Shown: positions 52,101-64,000, counted from the stretch's first letter. The stretch: DNA of 64,000 nucleotides from Glaucostegus cemiculus (GCA_976551045.1 CDPCPM010000213.1:9982001-10046000); one strand, 5' to 3'. Notes: generated from the letters alone by a model not told the origin. Numbers and translations are program-made.

Positions 52101-55100
52101 AGCCTTGGATATTTGTTGCAGTCACCTTGTCAACCGTACAGACTTTAGCTGGGGAACAGTGGTGGTAGAAGTAGAGAATGTCTGGGGGTGGGGTTGGGGA
52201 TGTCAATCAAACTGGCTTCTTAATCCTAAAAGATTTTGAGCTTCTTGACTGTTGGGGCTGGTGTCATCCACTGACTGATGACGTGTAGATATGGAAAGGC
52301 TTCAGGTGGATGTTGGGAAATCAGGAAATGAGATATTCATCACAGGATACCCAATATTTGATATGGTCTTTTGGCTGGTTCAGTTGTGCTTCTGGGTAAC
52401 AGTGATCTCTAGTATACTGAAGTTTAGGGTTGGCCACTGAACATCAAAGGGTGGTCCCTCCTGTTGGACATGGTCATTGCCTGGTGCTCGTGTAGGAATA
52501 TATATCTTGAATTTAAGAATACAGAGTATAATACAGGAGTGCTTTGATATGGATTATTTTCATTCTCTGCCAAGGATTAAAATTGCCTAACATCCTGTAT
52601 TTTAGTTGATAGCACTTTAGTTGAAAGTCCTTTCACTGTCTTTCCCATTTTGATTATATCAGGCCTATAATTTACATTATGCTAACATTCTAATATAATC
52701 TTGCTCAGAGTCTTTGCAGGACAATGGAGATCGGGACTAATCAAACAACAGATATAGACAACACTCAAAGCTCAGGACAATCTGTCCTCTTCTGGATTAT
52801 TATGATTTTTAATCTGTGATTGAGATTTGACTTTGACCATGCAACTGTTATTCAATTATTCAAGTCTAATGCAACTGTTATTCAGTTACTCAAGTCTAAT
52901 GCCAGCAGTTAATAGTTCCTGAGAACATGGGGAGGAATGTCCACTGGATTAACCACTTGAATATTTTCAGTTCTCAGGTGTATTGCATCTAAAGGGTAAA
53001 GTGAAACTAAACATTGTTAATAGATCTCCAGATTGAGTTTACTAAAAAAAGCCACTCTACCTGACAACCTCGGCAGCAGAGTCCATTGCTACACATTGCA
53101 TTGTGTGTAAGGGTACATTTCTTGCAGCAGTTGCCACCAGCTTTACTACATTCCTGTAAGAGATAAAATTAATTTATCATGATTTCATAAGATTTTTTTC
53201 AAATACAAAAATAAATAACTTTTTTTTTCCAACAGTTCCTTAAAGGTGGCTGTCACAGTCTTCTAGGATACAAGTTGGTCAGTTGCATTTGAGCTTTGGT
53301 AAAACCACACAACACAGTGAAGAACCAGACTAACTGAGGGTCGAGATAAGTGATGGATAATTGGCACACTGTAACAGAAGAGAAAGAAGGTGCATTATTT
53401 ACAGCTTTTTATACACAGATAATAAGGGGTTACTTTTTCCAACGGGCATTCCTACTGAGAAGGGGTAAGACTGCAGACACTACACTGCAACATTTTTAAA
53501 GTAAATTTGTTTTACAATCTGTAATTGATTTTTCTTGGGCTGTCTTGTATTAATGTCAAAGGAGTCACTCAGTGAGTGATTCAATTCAATAAAATTGTAT
53601 TGGAATGGGGAATTGGCCACATGCAAGCTCCCAGTGGTACAGATGAAGAAGTAGATGTAAGTATGGAATTATCATGCTTTGTGTTTCATATTTACCATCT
53701 TATCTAGCTTCTCTGAAACTGGTTTTGGTAACACAACTGCAAACTGCCTCGTAATTTTAGACAGAGGAAGATCTGCATGACTGTATTAAATTGACATAAG
53801 ATTCTCTTTGCTCTCTCTTTTAAACAATATTTTACTAAATAAAGATGGCATGTTTCAGTAACACATGGGGTAAAACAAATTTCATGCAAAGACCTTCACT
53901 GCAATGCAAGACAAAATTGGGGACTTTGCAGTTGTGACATGATGGTATCTACTCACAGCTACAGATCCACAATCACACTCTTCTCCATTTTCCACATATC
54001 CATTCCCACATTCTTGAGGCTCAACCAGCTGTGGAATTGTAGACAAGTCAATATTACATTTTACCTCATAGCTAACACAACTTTTCATATACTTCATCTC
54101 ATAACTAAAATAACTTTTCAGCAAAATTCATAAACTCAGAACTGGCAAGTGATTCCATTTTTGAGTACAATGTGGGGGAGGTTCTTCATCCAATCAGAGG
54201 TAGAACTGCAACCCCCACCCCTCACTGCCATCACCCCCTTGTTCCTCTCTTAAACTGAAATACCAACACGATCTCAGTACTGAATTTTTGGTACAATGTG
54301 CCCATAAATCAAACATATATTGCGTCATTTTTTTTCTAATCATCATTTCCAGATAAAAGTAGTGCCAACTGTGAAACTGGAATTGGCACTTCTGTTTGTG
54401 ATACACATTGGCATTCTTGACATTTTCTCAGAGGCAGGTGTGCCCTAGAACATCATGGCTGGAATTTCTCAGTGCAGTGTCCTAGACCCAACCATGACCA
54501 GCTGCTTTATCAAAGACTTTCCTTCCATTATAAGGTCAGCAGTAGGGTTGTTCACAGATCATTGCACAATGTTCAATTCCACTCACAACTCCTCAGCAAA
54601 TGAAGCAGCGGGTGCTTGCATACAGCAAAACTGAAATAACATCCAGGTACTGGCCGATAAGTAGAAGATAACATTCAGAGCACAGAAGTGCCAGGTAATG
54701 ATCATCTAACCACCTTGACATTCATAGGTATTGCCATCACTGTTAACATCCTGGAGGTTGCCACTAAACAGAACCCAAATGGACCAGCTACTTAGTGTGG
54801 CTACAAGAGAAGTTCAGAGGCTGGGTATCCACATCAGAGAGTTGTCTCCTGACATTACAGAGTTTTGCCACCTAGATGGTGGCAAAATCACAAAATCACA
54901 AAGCACAAATCAGGAGTGTGATGGAATAACCTCCAGTTACCTGGATGACCACAACTCCAACAACTCGCAAAAAGCTCGACACCATCTCAGATAAACCAGC
55001 CTGCTTGCTTGGCATCCCATCCATCAACCTAAACCATAGAAACCATAGAACAATACAGCACAAAACAGGCCCTTCGGCCCACCAAGTTGTGCCGTCCTTC

Positions 55101-56638
55101 AAATGTCACACGATCTCTTTCCTCCACATATCCCTCTATTCCACATTCCTCCATGTGCCTATCTAACAATCTCTTGACCCCGTCCAACGTATCTGCCTCT
55201 ACCACCACCCCAGGCAGCGCATTCCATGCTCCAACCACTCTCTGGTTGAAAAAGAGTGGTTGGAGCATTATTTAAACATTCATTTTCTCTATGATGGGCC
55301 CATAGTGGCTGCAGCGTGCACCATTTACAATTACTCGCACATACTATTCTGATAGCACTTTCCAAATCAGTGACCTCCACCACCAAGAACAACGCAGCAG
55401 TGGCAGAACAACAACCGCCATTTGAATTTCTCCCTCTAAGTCGCATACCAACTTCAGCTGCAAGCACATTGCTGCTCCTTTATTGTCACTGGGTTTAAAT
55501 CCTGGAACCCTACCCAGTAACAATGCAGAAATACCCTCACCCAAAGGGCTGCAGCTCACCACCACCTTCTAAAGGGCAATAAATACTGGCCTTGCTAGCA
55601 ACACCAGATCCTGGAGAATGAATAAGTAAAAATAAATGCCTTGTGATATCACAAAATACCTTGCAACATAGTGTGGTGATTCTCATTGCTGGAGGAGACC
55701 AGCTCAGCAACCTCCTGCCAGGCTATTCTAATGGTGGCCCTGCTGAATCTTCTGCCCACCTCACCATCCATACCTGCCCCAGTGCACAAGACCTCTCTGC
55801 TTGCTTGCATTTCAAGAGCTAAGTCCCTTTCTGAAAATTTAGCAGATTCTTATTTCTCCCCTGCAGCCTCCCTTTCTTCCACGTTGCTGGTATCTGGTTG
55901 CTATGGGGAATGTGCCTTTTAGGGTTAATGCTCTTCTCGGCTTAATGCTCTTCTAAGCGGCTCTGCGGCTAAGTGTCAGCAGCTGTATTCAATTGTGCCC
56001 AGCCTGTCAGGAATGGCACAGGCCCCCTTCTAGTGTTTCTTAATGGTGTTTCAAACTTCTTTTTGCCCCCCTCTACATCCTTATCCAGGAACCAGATGTG
56101 GTGGTAACACTAAATGCAATGATGGAGGCAGCAACTTCAGCCAGAAAGTGCACTGAAAGTAAATGAAATCCTGTTTCTAAGATTATGTGAATTTAAGGTT
56201 ATTTCAAATAAAGGAATTAAACATTTCTGTCTGCAACCAACTGCAATGTTTGCATAACAGTGATTTTTTTTGGACTGAAGTTACTTTTATGCAAACACTG
56301 CAGCTAATTGGCACACAAGAAGATCTCACACATAGAGATGAATAAAGGAGATGCTAGGCTGAACATAACAGAATATACCCAACCTCCTGGTGATCAATGT
56401 GTTGGTGAGATAAAGACAGAAAATGTATATGATCGTCAGCATTGATAATATTTTACATTAAACAAATGACATTAAACAAAATCCCCACTTCAGAAAAGGT
56501 TGCTTACCCATTGCTTACCATTTATCCAAAGGCCTTACCTTAAGAGGTTTATTGAAAAGACAGGTGCCACCTCCAGCCTGTAGAAACTGATTATATTCAG
56601 TAATGCTGCATTTTGAAAATTTTTGTGGGAGATGGTAC
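22102..56638 (-). CDS. ADAM11: ADAM11 (disintegrin and metalloproteinase domain-containing protein 11), 3' part of multi-exon CDS; 5' exons lie beyond the window end
   Basis: 13 exons join in phase with GT-AG sites. The TM/tail sequence [41 protein letters not shown] matches ADAM11 as I recall it, not ADAM23 (GPSATNL...NVKKRRFDP) or ADAM22 (long tail ending WETSI). Confidence 0.93.
23264..23312 (-). CDS. ADAM11: ADAM11 cytoplasmic exon: 18-nt spliced form 23295-23312 (NIRRGR) or read-through form ending YDIAQQGAI*
   Basis: aag acceptor; internal donor AG|gtatga at 23294; read-through gives [10 protein letters not shown] then TAA at 23264-23266. Confidence 0.88.
27898..27988 (-). CDS. ADAM11: ADAM11 transmembrane exon ([29 protein letters not shown])
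   Basis: 91 nt, cacag|...|gtaagc, phase 1-2. Confidence 0.96.
28770..29572 (+). mobile_element. CR1-type LINE 3' fragment
   Basis: [18 protein letters not shown]; [20 protein letters not shown]. Confidence 0.88.
30030..30306. mobile_element. Penelope-like terminal repeats, two minus-strand and one plus-strand copy
   Basis: Repeated atctgc.ggag.aactc motif, followed by an inverted copy ending tgttgctctagattccaacatctgcag. Confidence 0.7.
32613..32654 (-). CDS. ADAM11: Candidate alternative 42-nt juxtamembrane cassette exon of ADAM11 (adds [14 protein letters not shown])
   Basis: ctgatttgcag acceptor and CAG|gtaaga donor; symmetric phase 1-1; no stop in the reading frame; lies between the EGF and TM exons. 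Confidence 0.5.
34016..34133 (-). CDS. ADAM11: ADAM11 exon, EGF-like domain ([39 protein letters not shown])
   Basis: 118 nt, ttgcag|...|gtctgt, phase 0-1. Confidence 0.92.
35581..35620 (-). repeat. Remnant of ERV 3' LTR
   Basis: 17-nt match to the 5' LTR end plus shared ATGGTCACTG (35610-35619 vs 42780-42789). Confidence 0.6.
35671..35925 (-). pseudogene. env: ERV env, N-terminal fragment (signal peptide plus SU CWIC motif)
   Basis: [20 protein letters not shown] signal peptide; [12 protein letters not shown] CxxC motif of gamma-type Env; truncated by deletion. Confidence 0.8.
35995..36115. repeat. About three copies of a ~37-bp tandem repeat upstream of env
   Basis: tggttggttcc..ggtaactgtgtg..tggagagcag repeated. 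Confidence 0.75.
36659..36724 (+). mobile_element. Very short CR1-type LINE tail in the ERV pol-env spacer
   Basis: ggacatggtgggccgaagggcctgtattgtgctgta...ttctatg. Confidence 0.75.
36780..40540 (-). pseudogene. pol: ERV pro-pol (protease, RT, RNase H, integrase), multiple frameshifts and stops
   Basis: [11 protein letters not shown] protease; [15 protein letters not shown]; [12 protein letters not shown] (about 39770-39810); QYVDDVL (about 39701-39721); LFTNGS and [16 protein letters not shown] RNase H; integrase LQVDYI...[12 protein letters not shown]...SDQGTHFTG; WEGP C-terminal motif; stop at 36780. Confidence 0.9.
38269..38690 (+). mobile_element. Young 5'-truncated CR1-type LINE inserted into ERV RNase H
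   Basis: Uninterrupted ORF2 C-terminus (RGDLIETY...RTRGHNLRI...[14 protein letters not shown]) followed by 3' UTR and a TCTTGTGA-repeat tail. Confidence 0.9.
40600..42268 (-). pseudogene. gag: ERV gag, frameshifted
   Basis: Kozak gccATGG at 42268; degenerate CX2CX4HX4C knuckle ([15 protein letters not shown]) at about 40725-40770; fragments in ORFs 41958..42197 and 41068..41295. Confidence 0.75.
41510..41686 (+). mobile_element. CR1-type LINE 3' end inserted in ERV gag
   Basis: gatacgatagggtctttcaagagactg...gggccgaagggcctgaattgtgctgtag...ctatgttctatg; same family as 50787-50975. Confidence 0.85.
42694..42711 (-). promoter_or_regulatory. ERV primer binding site complementary to tRNA-Ser
   Basis: TGGCATAGTCGGCAGAAT, 16/18 match to TGGCGTAGTCGGCAGGAT (complement of the vertebrate tRNA-Ser 3' end). 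Confidence 0.85.
42715..43020 (-). repeat. ERV 5' LTR (outer boundary approximate)
   Basis: Ends ...CTAGCA 3 nt before the PBS; TATA box GCAATATAAAAGGG on the minus strand at about 42905-42918. Confidence 0.7.
43495..43663 (-). CDS. ADAM11: ADAM11 exon ([56 protein letters not shown])
   Basis: 169 nt, ctcag|...|gtgagt, phase 2-0; visible in ORF 43414..43674. Confidence 0.95.
45165..45284 (-). CDS. ADAM11: ADAM11 exon, Cys-rich domain ([40 protein letters not shown])
   Basis: 120 nt, catag|...|gtaatg, phase 2-2. Confidence 0.94.
46528..46627 (-). CDS. ADAM11: ADAM11 exon, Cys-rich domain ([32 protein letters not shown])
   Basis: 100 nt, ttaag|...|gtaagt, phase 1-2; CYEKLNxEGTExGxCG motif. 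Confidence 0.94.
47364..47427 (-). CDS. ADAM11: ADAM11 exon, Cys-rich domain ([21 protein letters not shown])
   Basis: 64 nt, ctcag|...|gtaagt, phase 0-1. Confidence 0.94.
48669..48719 (-). CDS. ADAM11: ADAM11 exon ([17 protein letters not shown])
   Basis: 51 nt, ctccag|...|gtaatg; near-identical to human [17 protein letters not shown] as recalled. Confidence 0.93.
50080..50160 (-). CDS. ADAM11: ADAM11 exon, disintegrin loop ([27 protein letters not shown])
   Basis: 81 nt, ttttccag|...|gtggg; AVNDCDI disintegrin loop. Confidence 0.95.
50787..50975 (+). mobile_element. CR1-type LINE 3' end
   Basis: [26 protein letters not shown] plus the typical tail. Confidence 0.85.
52839..52902. repeat. 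30-bp tandem duplication
   Basis: atgcaactgttattca.tta.tcaagtcta occurs twice. Confidence 0.9.
53061..53153 (-). CDS. ADAM11: ADAM11 exon, disintegrin ([31 protein letters not shown])
   Basis: 93 nt, cag|...|gtag, phase 0-0. Confidence 0.95.
53957..54028 (-). CDS. ADAM11: ADAM11 exon, disintegrin start ([24 protein letters not shown])
   Basis: 72 nt, cag|...|gtgagt; CGNG..E.GEECDCG motif. Confidence 0.95.
54440..55625 (+). mobile_element. Old LINE RT/3' fragment with a younger antisense CR1 tail nested at about 55030-55253
   Basis: Decayed RT (FADDCT-like, KCQVM-like). The nested minus-strand copy reads [23 protein letters not shown]. Confidence 0.75.
56539..56638 (-). CDS. ADAM11: ADAM11 exon, end of metalloprotease-like domain ([33 protein letters not shown])
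   Basis: 100 nt, cag|...|gtaagg, phase 2-0; FSxCS...CLFNKP ADAM motif. Confidence 0.93.
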
Positions 56639-59600
56639 CTGAAAGTACAACCAGGCACAATAATGTGAACAAAGGATGGTACCTCAACCCTTGCTTTTAA
56701 AAGCTATCATTCACTACAGCGTGAAGGCCTGTTCAACACATTTTTTGAAAATATATTCATATTTCAGGATATGAGCATCATTGGCAAGGCCAGCATTTAT
56801 TGTTCATCCCTAAATCTGCGTAGCTTGCAGAGGACACTAGACAGGTGGGTCTGGAGTCACGTGTAGGCCAAATTGATTTGGAAGGCAGATTTCAAGATGG
56901 TTAGCTCCAGAGTCTTCAATCACAGGTAAGATCTATTTTTGGTGGGGGCTGGGTTTAGGCAACCACACCCATCCTTGCCTCTCGTGCTTCCCTCCAACAA
57001 CAGAACATCCAACTGGCCACTGGGGATCAGTCACACTGGCTCCAATATCCCACCGGGCATGTGACGGCAAAACTACCCCATAATAAAGGGACAGTTCCCT
57101 TTAAAAAAACCTCACCATGGCAGAAAAATCACACTTTAACATAGAGTCAGAGCAATACAACATGGAAACAGGCCCTTCGGCCCACCAAGTCTATGCTGAC
57201 CATCAAGCACCTATTTACACGAATCCTACTTTAATCCTGTCAAGTAGAGCTTTTAAGTTGTATAAATTGTCCCTAACTGCATATAAACTCAAAACCTACA
57301 TGAAACCTGCCTTGTGTGCTGTGTACATTAGTAAATCCCATGCAGCCTCACACAAAATTACTCAAGCTTGCACTTTACAACACAGAAAAATTCCTAAGTC
57401 ATTCCCTTTGATTTTGTTTCAGCTCAGCCTTTTGTTTAGCTAGTAGACCATGTACAGATGCTATGACATTGCCATTTTCTGTTGCCATGTCCTGCATGTT
57501 TATACAAAGGATTTCCATGTTTGTAAGGCTGAAAGAGCCAATATTGGTAGAACACCAGGCAGATTGCATTTTGAGATACAGGAATAGTCTTTGCTCATTT
57601 GTTAGTACCGTCCTGTTGGTAATGATTCTACAGCAGAAACGACATGGGTCAGTGAGTCAGCAGGGAACGTGATGGAGGACAGTTCCACCTGTAGTTTGTC
57701 CAGAGCTGAGGCCTGGATTTGCCAGGACCAATGAAGATTAACTCCATCAAGTTTTCTTCTTCCACTTTCTTTTTTATCTTAAATATGTTACAGCTACTGA
57801 TCTTCCTTTTCACGCATTGATATGTGTTGATGCTGCTGAGAGTAGCTTCTTGTCTACAGTTCATGAGTAACCCAGTCCTGGTAACCCAAAAAGCATCACA
57901 TTCCCACTTCTTACCCACGTTCGGAAAATCTGCAGATGCCATTAAACTAAATGCAGAAAAGTTAGTTATTTTTGGTACCATACTGTGTAACCCTTTCCCA
58001 CAATATGGGCCCATCTGGAAAGAAAATAGGTGTTTTTATCTTTGTACCAGTTCAAGAGAGATGCACTGTTCAGGCTTTGTGAGCTGGATAAAAGGTTGTA
58101 CAATGCCACTTAATTATAATTTAGGTAATTATCTTACAAGGTAGGACCACAGTGGCATATCAAAGCAGAGCCAAATTTAGTATGCCCATGTCTGTGATCT
58201 ACAGCAACCTACATTTAGAAAATGAAAGGTAATTACATAAAACAGGATCTAAAGAATTACTTCATCCACGAACCTGTGCAAGACATAGTGCATTCTTTTG
58301 TGTTATGACCAACTTTGTACTGTTGTATATTTGTACGTCTGAGTCGTCAAGATCTCTATTCCTAATTATTTGACACAGCACTTAACAGAAAAATGATTTT
58401 TCAACCTAAAGTGTTTTATTTATAATTACTATAATTCTGAACTGAAATTGAACTTCAGTAAATTGACATTTAAAATCTTTTGCTGCATTGGAAATAAAAG
58501 AAGGCAGTGACACAAATGAAGGTGAAAGACCATGACTGCAAAACATACCCATCACTGATGTCCTAATGTAATAAACGCCAACATCAGATTACAGAGATTA
58601 CAATATAAATACAAGACAAGTACCATGATAAACAACATTTGTTTCCAGTGATCTCCTGGACTGACTTTGATTGCCTGAGAAGCTCAGAGTTACATTTTCC
58701 ACAATTTTTTTTGGTCTCATTCACCCTGGGGTTTTCCTCCCTTTTTTTTGTCAAGTCCAGAAGTTTACATGTGAGTTTGGTGAGGCAGGTGGAGAAAGTA
58801 TCTGTTTTGTGATGCTCCTCCCATAATTGGTATCGGGCAGGCCTAATAGACCACTTGGCCTTTATATGGCTGCCACATTTGCACGTTCATTTGTTCAAAG
58901 GGGAGATGCAGAAGAGAGTTTGGCAAAGCAGGAGGTATTGAAAGAATTCAGACTGGTGTCAGTAACAGGTTAACAAATATTGGTCAAACATTCATATAAA
59001 TATTTGGAACTTGACAATGGAAGAAGGACCAGGGTGAAGCTGTCTCTGTGCATCAGTCTCACTATCTGAAATATTCCCTCAGATTTTAATATCTCCTATC
59101 ATCATAGTAACTAAAAACATACAACCCAGCCATCAATAATGTACTGTAGATAATGTAATATTTCAATTACTTGGCATCTGAGTGCCAATGTGCTTCAAAT
59201 TGGCGAATGCAGCGGAGAAAAATGTAGAGGAGTTGGCCTCTTATGTCCTTACAATGTATAAGCCTCAATAAGCCCCTCCATTGCATTGGGAACCATGCAA
59301 GAACATGGCTGGTGTGTTTAAGCAGCATTCCTGCTGAATGTCCTTTATTTTAAAGAGGTTCTTCACAGGAGACCAGCTTCAACACTTTATTGGAAGCAGG
59401 CAGGCAGTCAAGATGGCTTTCTCTCTGATAAGAGAACTTCCTTGCTTTGCATGTGCCCCTTAGGAGACTTTCAAAAATTACTTGGTTAGTTCTTCATACC
59501 TTATTGCATTCAGAAAATGACAGTGTTAATTCAAAGGCTGCTGAAAAATGAGCAATTTGGCTGGATATGAGAGAAGTGCTGTTGAAGCACCAAGTTCGAG

Positions 59601-62109
59601 GGTAAGGCTCTGCATAAGTTGGTGTGGATTTTCAGGTTATTGATATAATGAGTGGATCAACAATAGTAGTCATTGAAGACAGCGGTAAGGCACTAATGTG
59701 GGGGTTGTTAATATTCCGAAAGGAGATAAAAGTAATGCAATGACTTTACAAGAAGTGGATTACAATAGTTCAGGACACTGCATGTACAATGGAATGGCTG
59801 GATGATGAGAGAAAGGTCAAACCAGAGAGGCCAACCAAGAGATGGCATGCAAGTTGTACGTCAGGATGATGAAAGCAGCAAACGGGAAAGAAAGTAGCCA
59901 TTACTGTGGAGTGGATGTGGGGGAGGAAGGCATATTTGGAAGTGAGCAGTACAACAACAGTGTTGACTTGCATGTTGAAGTTTAGACAATGGTAGGTGGT
60001 GATTAGGGTCATTCAAATGTTGGCCCAATCTCCAAAAAGAAATCTGTTTAGTTTATAATTTGACATCATGTTGATTATTCTACTTGATGTTCATTTGGCA
60101 AAGGGGTTTTTTGTGTTTTAAAATCTGACAGGTTGGAAATGACTGGGAGTGCATCCAAATTCGTCTGCATTGTTGATTTCTGCTGTCTGTGGTCTCAGAC
60201 AAACCTGAGGGTTACTCAAGTTCTGCATTTTCTTTGAAATAACTGAGTCTTGCTGGCACATTTCCTCAGCGATTTCCCCCATTTATACACAATATCCAAG
60301 ACAAAGAAAGCCTACAACCATAAAAACAATCCTCCACCCAGAAGTGGAAAGTGGCATCCAAAACAAAATACCCTGTACATTCATCTTTACACTTTTGTGT
60401 CCTAGGTGGTATCCTTGACTCCTACTCTTTCCTCTCAGTGGGATGATGTTGAGCTCACTGACCAACCTATTTCTTCTCTGTGCTTCTTACCTCACTATCT
60501 TGTTTGCTTATTAAGCGTCTCAATGTTCTGCATCCTATTCTGGAAGCAATTGAAGAGGGCTTCATTTATATGTGCCTCATCCATCAAATATCTTGCCATG
60601 AAAACAGCAGGCCCTAGTTCTCTTCCCCCTTCTACTGGAGGCAATGTCAGGCAAATTCCACAGTCCACTGAGGAAGTTCAGCTAACTCCAGCAAGCTACC
60701 AAGTCTGAATTCTCCACACAGGCTACTATGAACGGTGGAATTCATCTTGATAGCTGTTTAAAAGGGATGATGGTGAATAAGCAGCTGGCTTTACAACCTT
60801 CCAATTAAACACAAAACACAAAATTGGGCAGAATATATACTGTCAATTCACCATCTCTCAATTCATGGAAGCACCCAAGATTTTAGCCCCACTGTACCTT
60901 TCCACAGCTCTCTGTCTTTGCATGACTTTCTGTATTCACTTTTCAGGATTTGGGCACCATTGACAAGGCTGACAATCCGTAACTGGGGACAGTAGTGGTA
61001 CTGCAGTTAAACTACCATTTTCAAAATCCAGAGGCCAGCACTAATGATCCAGAGACTCAGATTCAAATCCCACCAAATTTAAATTCATTTAATCTGAAAT
61101 TTGAAAAACCACCAATCTTAGTTATGATGACCACAAAACCAAACTATCGGACTATTGTAAAAACCCGTTAGTTCACTAATTCTTCAGGACTGGAAATCTG
61201 CCATCCTTATCTGGTTGGGCCTTCATGCGTCTCCAGACATACCCAGTGATTGAGTCCTAAGCCCCTCTGAGGTTTAGGGTTACTACCACATTCTAACAGA
61301 ATTGGACTGCAACAGTGGCAACGCACCACTGCTTTCCCAAGGGCAATGAGCGGTGGGGAATAAATGCTGGTCTTGCCAGCTACACCCAGGTTGCTGAAAA
61401 GTGTATAAATAAAGCCGCCCTTGAGAAGGTGGTGGTAAGCCACCTTCCTGCACTGCTGCTGTTGTTCTGTGGGGGGACTCCCACTGTCCTGCTACTGAGG
61501 AAGTTCCAGGATTTAGACTCAGTGAAAACAAAGGAACAGTGATGTTTCCAAGTCTGGACGATGTGCAGCTTGGAGGGGAACATGCAAGTGGTGATGTTGC
61601 TATGCCTCTGAAGCGCTTAATCATTTTAATGGTAGAGCTTGCGGGTGTAGGAGGTGCTGTCATTATAGCCTGGTGTGGAAGTGACCACTGCATAGTAGCT
61701 GGGGAGACAAATCTACCCTTCACACCAAGGACTCACTCCATTGTCTTGTGTGACCTTACAATTGTGCTAAATGGAACAGACTCAGAACAGATCTGGCAAC
61801 TCACAGACAACTGTCCACAAGCCACTGCGGACCCTCAGCAGCAGCAGCAATGCATGCTACCACAGTCTGCACTCCCATCGGCCTGCACATCTCTAATGCT
61901 ACAACCAACCATGTCAATGAGGAGTGCAGAAGGGCATGTCAGGAACACTAAATGATGTAAAAATAAGGTGCAACTTTGGTGAAACTGGATCATAGGTGTT
62001 TTTGTATGTTAAGCAGCTAAAACATCATGCAAGAGACAGAAAATTCTACAACTAGCAGATCAAGTCTCTTCAATCCTGCCACACTAGTTTTAAAACTTTA
62101 AAAACGTTA

Positions 62110-62358
62110 TTTATACAGCGCAGTAACAGGCCCTTCTGGTCCAACGAGCCTGCACCACCCAATTACACCCATGTTAACCTACTAACTCGTACGTCTTTTG
62201 GAATGTGGGAGGAAACCAGAGCACACAAACGAAGCCCACACAGTCAGGGGGAGAACATACAGAGACTCCTTATGGAGAACATACAGACAGGGGCGGGAAT
62301 TGAACCCCAATCACTGGCGCTGTAATAGCGTTACACTAACTGCTACGCTACTGTGCTG
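62110..62358 (-). mobile_element. tRNA-derived SINE
   Basis: Same family motif; head ggcagcacagtagcgtagcagttagtgtaacgctattacagcgccag on the minus strand. Confidence 0.8.
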
Positions 62359-62359
62359 C

Positions 62360-63790
62360 CCTAGTTGTGAAGACTGGTGGACAATCAAACAGTTAACCAG
62401 AGGAAGAATCTCCAAGAACATCCCCATTTTTAATGATACTGAGACCCAGCACAGAAGTGCTAAAGCTAAGATTGAAACATTCACAATTATGTTCATCCAG
62501 AGAGGCAGAGTGAATTATTCACCTCAGTTCCCTCCTGAGATCCCCACCATCACAGAACCCTTTAGCCAAATTGATTCAGTCCAAGTGACACCAAGAAGAC
62601 CTGTCTACCAGAAGAAGCTAAGCCTTGAGCCAAGCCATTCCAGAACAATTATAACACTGGCATTTACCAGACAAGTGGAAAATTGCCCAGGTATGCCTTG
62701 TTCATAAAAAGCAGGACACATCCAACCTGCCTAACAACTACCCAATTGGTCTACTCTCAATCAACAGTGCTGTCAAACAGCACTTACCAACAACCTGCTC
62801 GCTTGGGGTTTTGACCACTCAGCTCCAGACCTCAATATAGACTAGCTCTAAACATGACCAAAGAACTGAATTCCAGAAATGAGGTGAGAGTGACTGCTCT
62901 TGATATCAAGGCAGCATTTGACCAAGTGTGAAATCAAGGCTGGAGTTATACCTCCCACAACAGAAGATGGATGTCATTGCTGGAGTTCAATCATCTCATC
63001 CCAGGATGTGACGATGAACAAAACTATCAAATCTCCCCTAGGTGCAATGTGTACCATCTGTAAAATGCATACAGGTCATTCACCTAGGCTACAGCATTGT
63101 AGGAGTTCCTCAGGGCAGTGTCCAAAGCCTCAGCTGCTTCATCAAAGCATCAGAAGGCCAAAAATGGTGATGTCTGCTGATGATTACACATTGTTCCATT
63201 CCGTTCCTGACTAGTCCGCAAGTGAAGCAGTCAAGGTCTGCCTGCAGCACGATCTAGACGACATTCAGACATGAGCTGAGAAGCAGCAAAGTAACACTTA
63301 CACTACAAGACTTGCAGGCTATGACAATATTCAACAAAAGAGTATGACCACCTACCATCTATTCCACTATCTACAAGGCTCAAATCAGGAGTATGATGGA
63401 ATACTCTCCACCAGATGAGTGTAACTCCAACAATGCTGTAGGAGCTCAACACCATCCAGGACAAAGGAACCCTCTTCCACCTCTCGAAACATTTATTCTT
63501 TTCTTGTACCATCCACCAAATGCACAACAGTTATTCACCTCGGCTACTTCAGTAGCACTTCCCAAATCCTCAGCCTTTATCATGAAGAAGGCACATGGAA
63601 ACATCACCACTTGAATGTTCCCTTCTTAAAGGCATTGTTTCTAAATCCTGAAGCTCCTTATCCAACAAGCACTGTTTGCATATCTTCACTAGAAGGACTA
63701 CAGCAGTTCAAGAATGGAGTTCGCAGCCACCTCACAAGGCTAATTAAGGGCAGGCTTATGATGGTCTTGTGAATGATGCCCAAGAAAAAC
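62360..63790 (+). mobile_element. Decayed LINE ORF2 (RT) fragment and 3' end
   Basis: DWWTIKQLT; ALDIKAAFDQV-like; GVPQGS and MSADDYTLF RT motifs, frameshifted. Confidence 0.75.
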
Positions 63791-64000
63791 GAACAAATAA
63801 AAATACTGAGCTGAAAATGGCAAAAGATTCTATCATGCTCACTTAGCTAAATATTTTAGACTAATACTAAATCTAACACGAAATAAGTTCATTTTCAACA
63901 TCTGTACTGAGGGACAGAGCAGTTCAGTTGGTTTTTAAATGGCACAATTTAAAGAAGGGAGGAAGAGTATTTCCTTTAAGAGATGGTTATATTAAATCTG

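Noticed and set aside
22102-56638. Calling the gene ADAM23 (because of the FAM237A-like neighbour) or ADAM22
   Set aside because: [16 protein letters not shown], the SGGA* terminal exon and [16 protein letters not shown] all fit ADAM11 better.
57915-57946. Branch point, acceptor(s) and GG|gtaaga donor suggesting a 15- or 32-nt micro-exon
   Set aside because: It does not encode the expected upstream ADAM11 peptide (CxCPD.WLGCIMEDTG) and has no supporting homology; probably chance.
59110-59145. Minus-strand WLGC resembling the next upstream ADAM11 exon
   Set aside because: The flanking residues do not match DCKCPD...IMEDTG; that exon probably lies outside the window.
199-63614. Most remaining short six-frame ORFs
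   Set aside because: They are antisense shadows of exons or repeats, or random ORFs, many with non-ATG starts, in intronic DNA.

Overview
This is eukaryotic vertebrate DNA. The repeat content (CR1-type LINE tails, tRNA-derived SINEs, Penelope-like tails) looks like a cartilaginous fish, probably a batoid; that assignment is inference. The minus strand carries the 3' half of ADAM11: 13 coding exons between 56638 and 22102, all in phase with GT-AG boundaries. They encode the end of the metalloprotease-like domain, the disintegrin, Cys-rich, EGF and TM regions, and two alternative cytoplasmic tails (RSGGA* and [10 protein letters not shown]). There is also a candidate extra 42-nt juxtamembrane exon. 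Downstream on the same strand is an intact FAM237 / NPGL-NPGM-family neuropeptide precursor (7330-7689). It sits next to ADAM11 rather than ADAM23 or ADAM22, so it may be a third family paralogue. An ADAM11 intron holds a decayed ~7.4 kb endogenous retrovirus with a tRNA-Ser PBS, gag-pro-pol, an unusual pol-env spacer, a truncated CWIC env and a nearly deleted 3' LTR. The remainder is LINE, SINE, Penelope and MITE debris plus probable UTR. All calls were made by eye, without database searches, and repeat boundaries are approximate.
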